The position numbers and the translations under genes were made by a program. Shown piece by piece: positions 62,501 through 64,000 of a stretch of 64,000 nucleotides of DNA (the first letter of the stretch is position 1; every line of letters begins with the position of its first letter). The notes under the pieces are model-generated. The model saw only the letters and a program-made list of their open reading frames with translations. It searched no databases and was not told the origin of the DNA. This DNA comes from Neoechinorhynchus agilis (Eukaryota > Animalia > Acanthocephala): assembly GCA_051530055.1 (NCBI GenBank), contig CM121341.1, positions 12,378,784 through 12,442,783 on the forward strand, in the 5' to 3' direction.

Positions 62501-64000
62501 TTTTATTGCTTCAAACAACGTAATTTTGAACAATATTCTAAACCAAAAGAGCAAAGTCTTCGTTCAGTGTTCTTGCTTACCTAACAAAGTACAAGTTTAT
62601 TTTTCCTTTTAACAACCCAGGAAAAGTTTTATTGCTTCAAACAACGTAATTTTGAACAATATTCTAAACCAAAAGAGCAAAGTCTCCGTTCAGTGTTCTT
62701 GCTTACCTAACAAAGTACAAGTTTATTTTTCCTTTTAACAACCCAGGAAAAGTTTTATTGCTTCAAACAACGTAATTTTGAACAATATTCTAAACCAAAA
62801 GAGCAAAGTCTTCGTTCAGTGTTCTTGCTTACCTAACAAAGTACAAGTTTATTTTTCAACAACCCAGGAAAAGTTTTATTGCTTCAAACAACGTAATTTT
62901 GAACAATATTCTAAACCAAAAGAGCAAAGTCTCCGTTCAGTGTTCTTGCTTACCTAACAAAGTACAAGTTTATTTTTCAACAACCCAGGAAAAGTTTTAT
63001 TGCTTCAAACAACGCAATTTTGAACAATATTCTAAACCAAAAGAGCAGTCTCCGTTCAGTGTTCTTGCTTACCCAACAAAGTACAAGTTTATTTTTCAAC
63101 AACCCAGGAAAAGTTTTATTGCTTCAAACAACGTAATTTTGAACAATATTTTAAACCAAAAGAGCAAAGTCTCCGTTCAGTGTTCTTGCTTACCTAACAA
63201 AGTACAAGTTTATTTTTCCTTTTAACAACCCAGGAAAAGTTTTATTGCTTCAAACAACGTAATTTTGAACAATATTCTAAACCAAAAGAGCAAAGTCTTC
63301 GTTCAGTGTTCTTGCTTACCTAACAAAGTACAAGTTTATTTTTCAACAACCCAGGAAAAGTTTTATTGCTTCAAACAACGTAATTTTGAACAATATTCTA
63401 AACCAAAAGAGCAAAGTCTCCGTTCAGTGTTCTTGCTTACCTAACAAAGTACAAGTTTATTTTTCAACAACCCAGGAAAAGTTTTATTGCTTCAAACAAC
63501 GCAATTTTGAACAATATTCTAAACCAAAAGAGCAAAGTCTCCGTTCAGTGTTCTTGCTTACCTAACAAAGTACAAGTTTATTTTTCCTTTTAACAACCCA
63601 GGAAAAGTTTTATTGCTTCAAACAACGTAATTTTGAACAATATTCTAAACCAAAAGAGCAAAGTCTCCGTTCAGTGTTCTTGCTTACCTAACAAAGTACA
63701 AGTTTATTTTTCCTTTTAACAACCCAGGAAAAGTTTTATTGCTTCAAACAACGTAATTTTGAACAATATTTTAAACCAAAAGAGCAAAGTCTTCGTTCAG
63801 TGTTCTTGCTTACCTAACAAAGTACAAGTTTATTTTTCCTTTTAACAACCCAGGAAAAGTTTTAATGCTTAAAACAACGTAATTTTGAACAATATTTTAA
63901 ACCAAAAGAGCAAAGTCTCCGTTCAGTGTTCTTGCTTACCCAACAAAGTACAAGTTTATTTTTCAACAACCCAGGAAAAGTTTTATTGCTTCAAACAACG
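47512..64000. repeat. Satellite DNA, 126/121-bp monomer, homogeneous core (about 130 units, continues beyond the window)
   Basis: Same consensus, with variation almost restricted to about 7 recurrent sites plus scattered 1-3 bp deletions. Periods confirmed, e.g. 53581 to 53707 (126) and 57301 to 57422 (121). Confidence 0.98.

Noticed and set aside
38423-64000. CRISPR-like array or satellite-encoded proteins (MNNILNQKSK... ORFs)
   Set aside because: Head-to-tail monomers with no unique spacers. The ORFs start at TTG and arise from frame shifts between 121- and 126-bp units.
47512-64000. Scattered 1-3-bp deletions in satellite units as biological variants
   Set aside because: Non-recurrent and often in homopolymers, consistent with long-read consensus error. 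This also limits single-base claims elsewhere in the window.

Overview
This is AT-rich animal genomic DNA from a compact genome (most introns I could resolve are about 44-52 nt; the taxon cannot be fixed from sequence). About 1-37.4 kb is gene-dense: an unknown 5-exon gene, CHD1L/ALC1, an intronless DUF4139 gene resembling bacterial proteins, an intronless SLC16/MCT transporter, NOM1, RPF2, a VAP/MSP-domain protein, a tetraspanin-like gene, an ERG/FLI/FEV-class ETS factor, a non-alpha nicotinic receptor subunit and a furin-family convertase. Several foldback/MITE-like hairpins and a non-LTR relic lie between and within these genes. At 37.47-38.34 kb, a back-to-back Penelope-like (GIY-YIG) remnant carrying a minimal hammerhead ribozyme motif borders a 121/126-bp AT-rich satellite array that runs from about 38.42 kb to the window end. 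The array is interrupted at 43280-47511 by an intact, GC-rich Ty3/gypsy element with identical LTRs, a tRNA-Trp PBS and a -1 frameshift pseudoknot. Its U5 terminus looks mutated (CA to AA) and its right junction is aberrant. No CRISPR, rRNA or bona fide tRNA gene was seen. Splice models are read by eye and are approximate.
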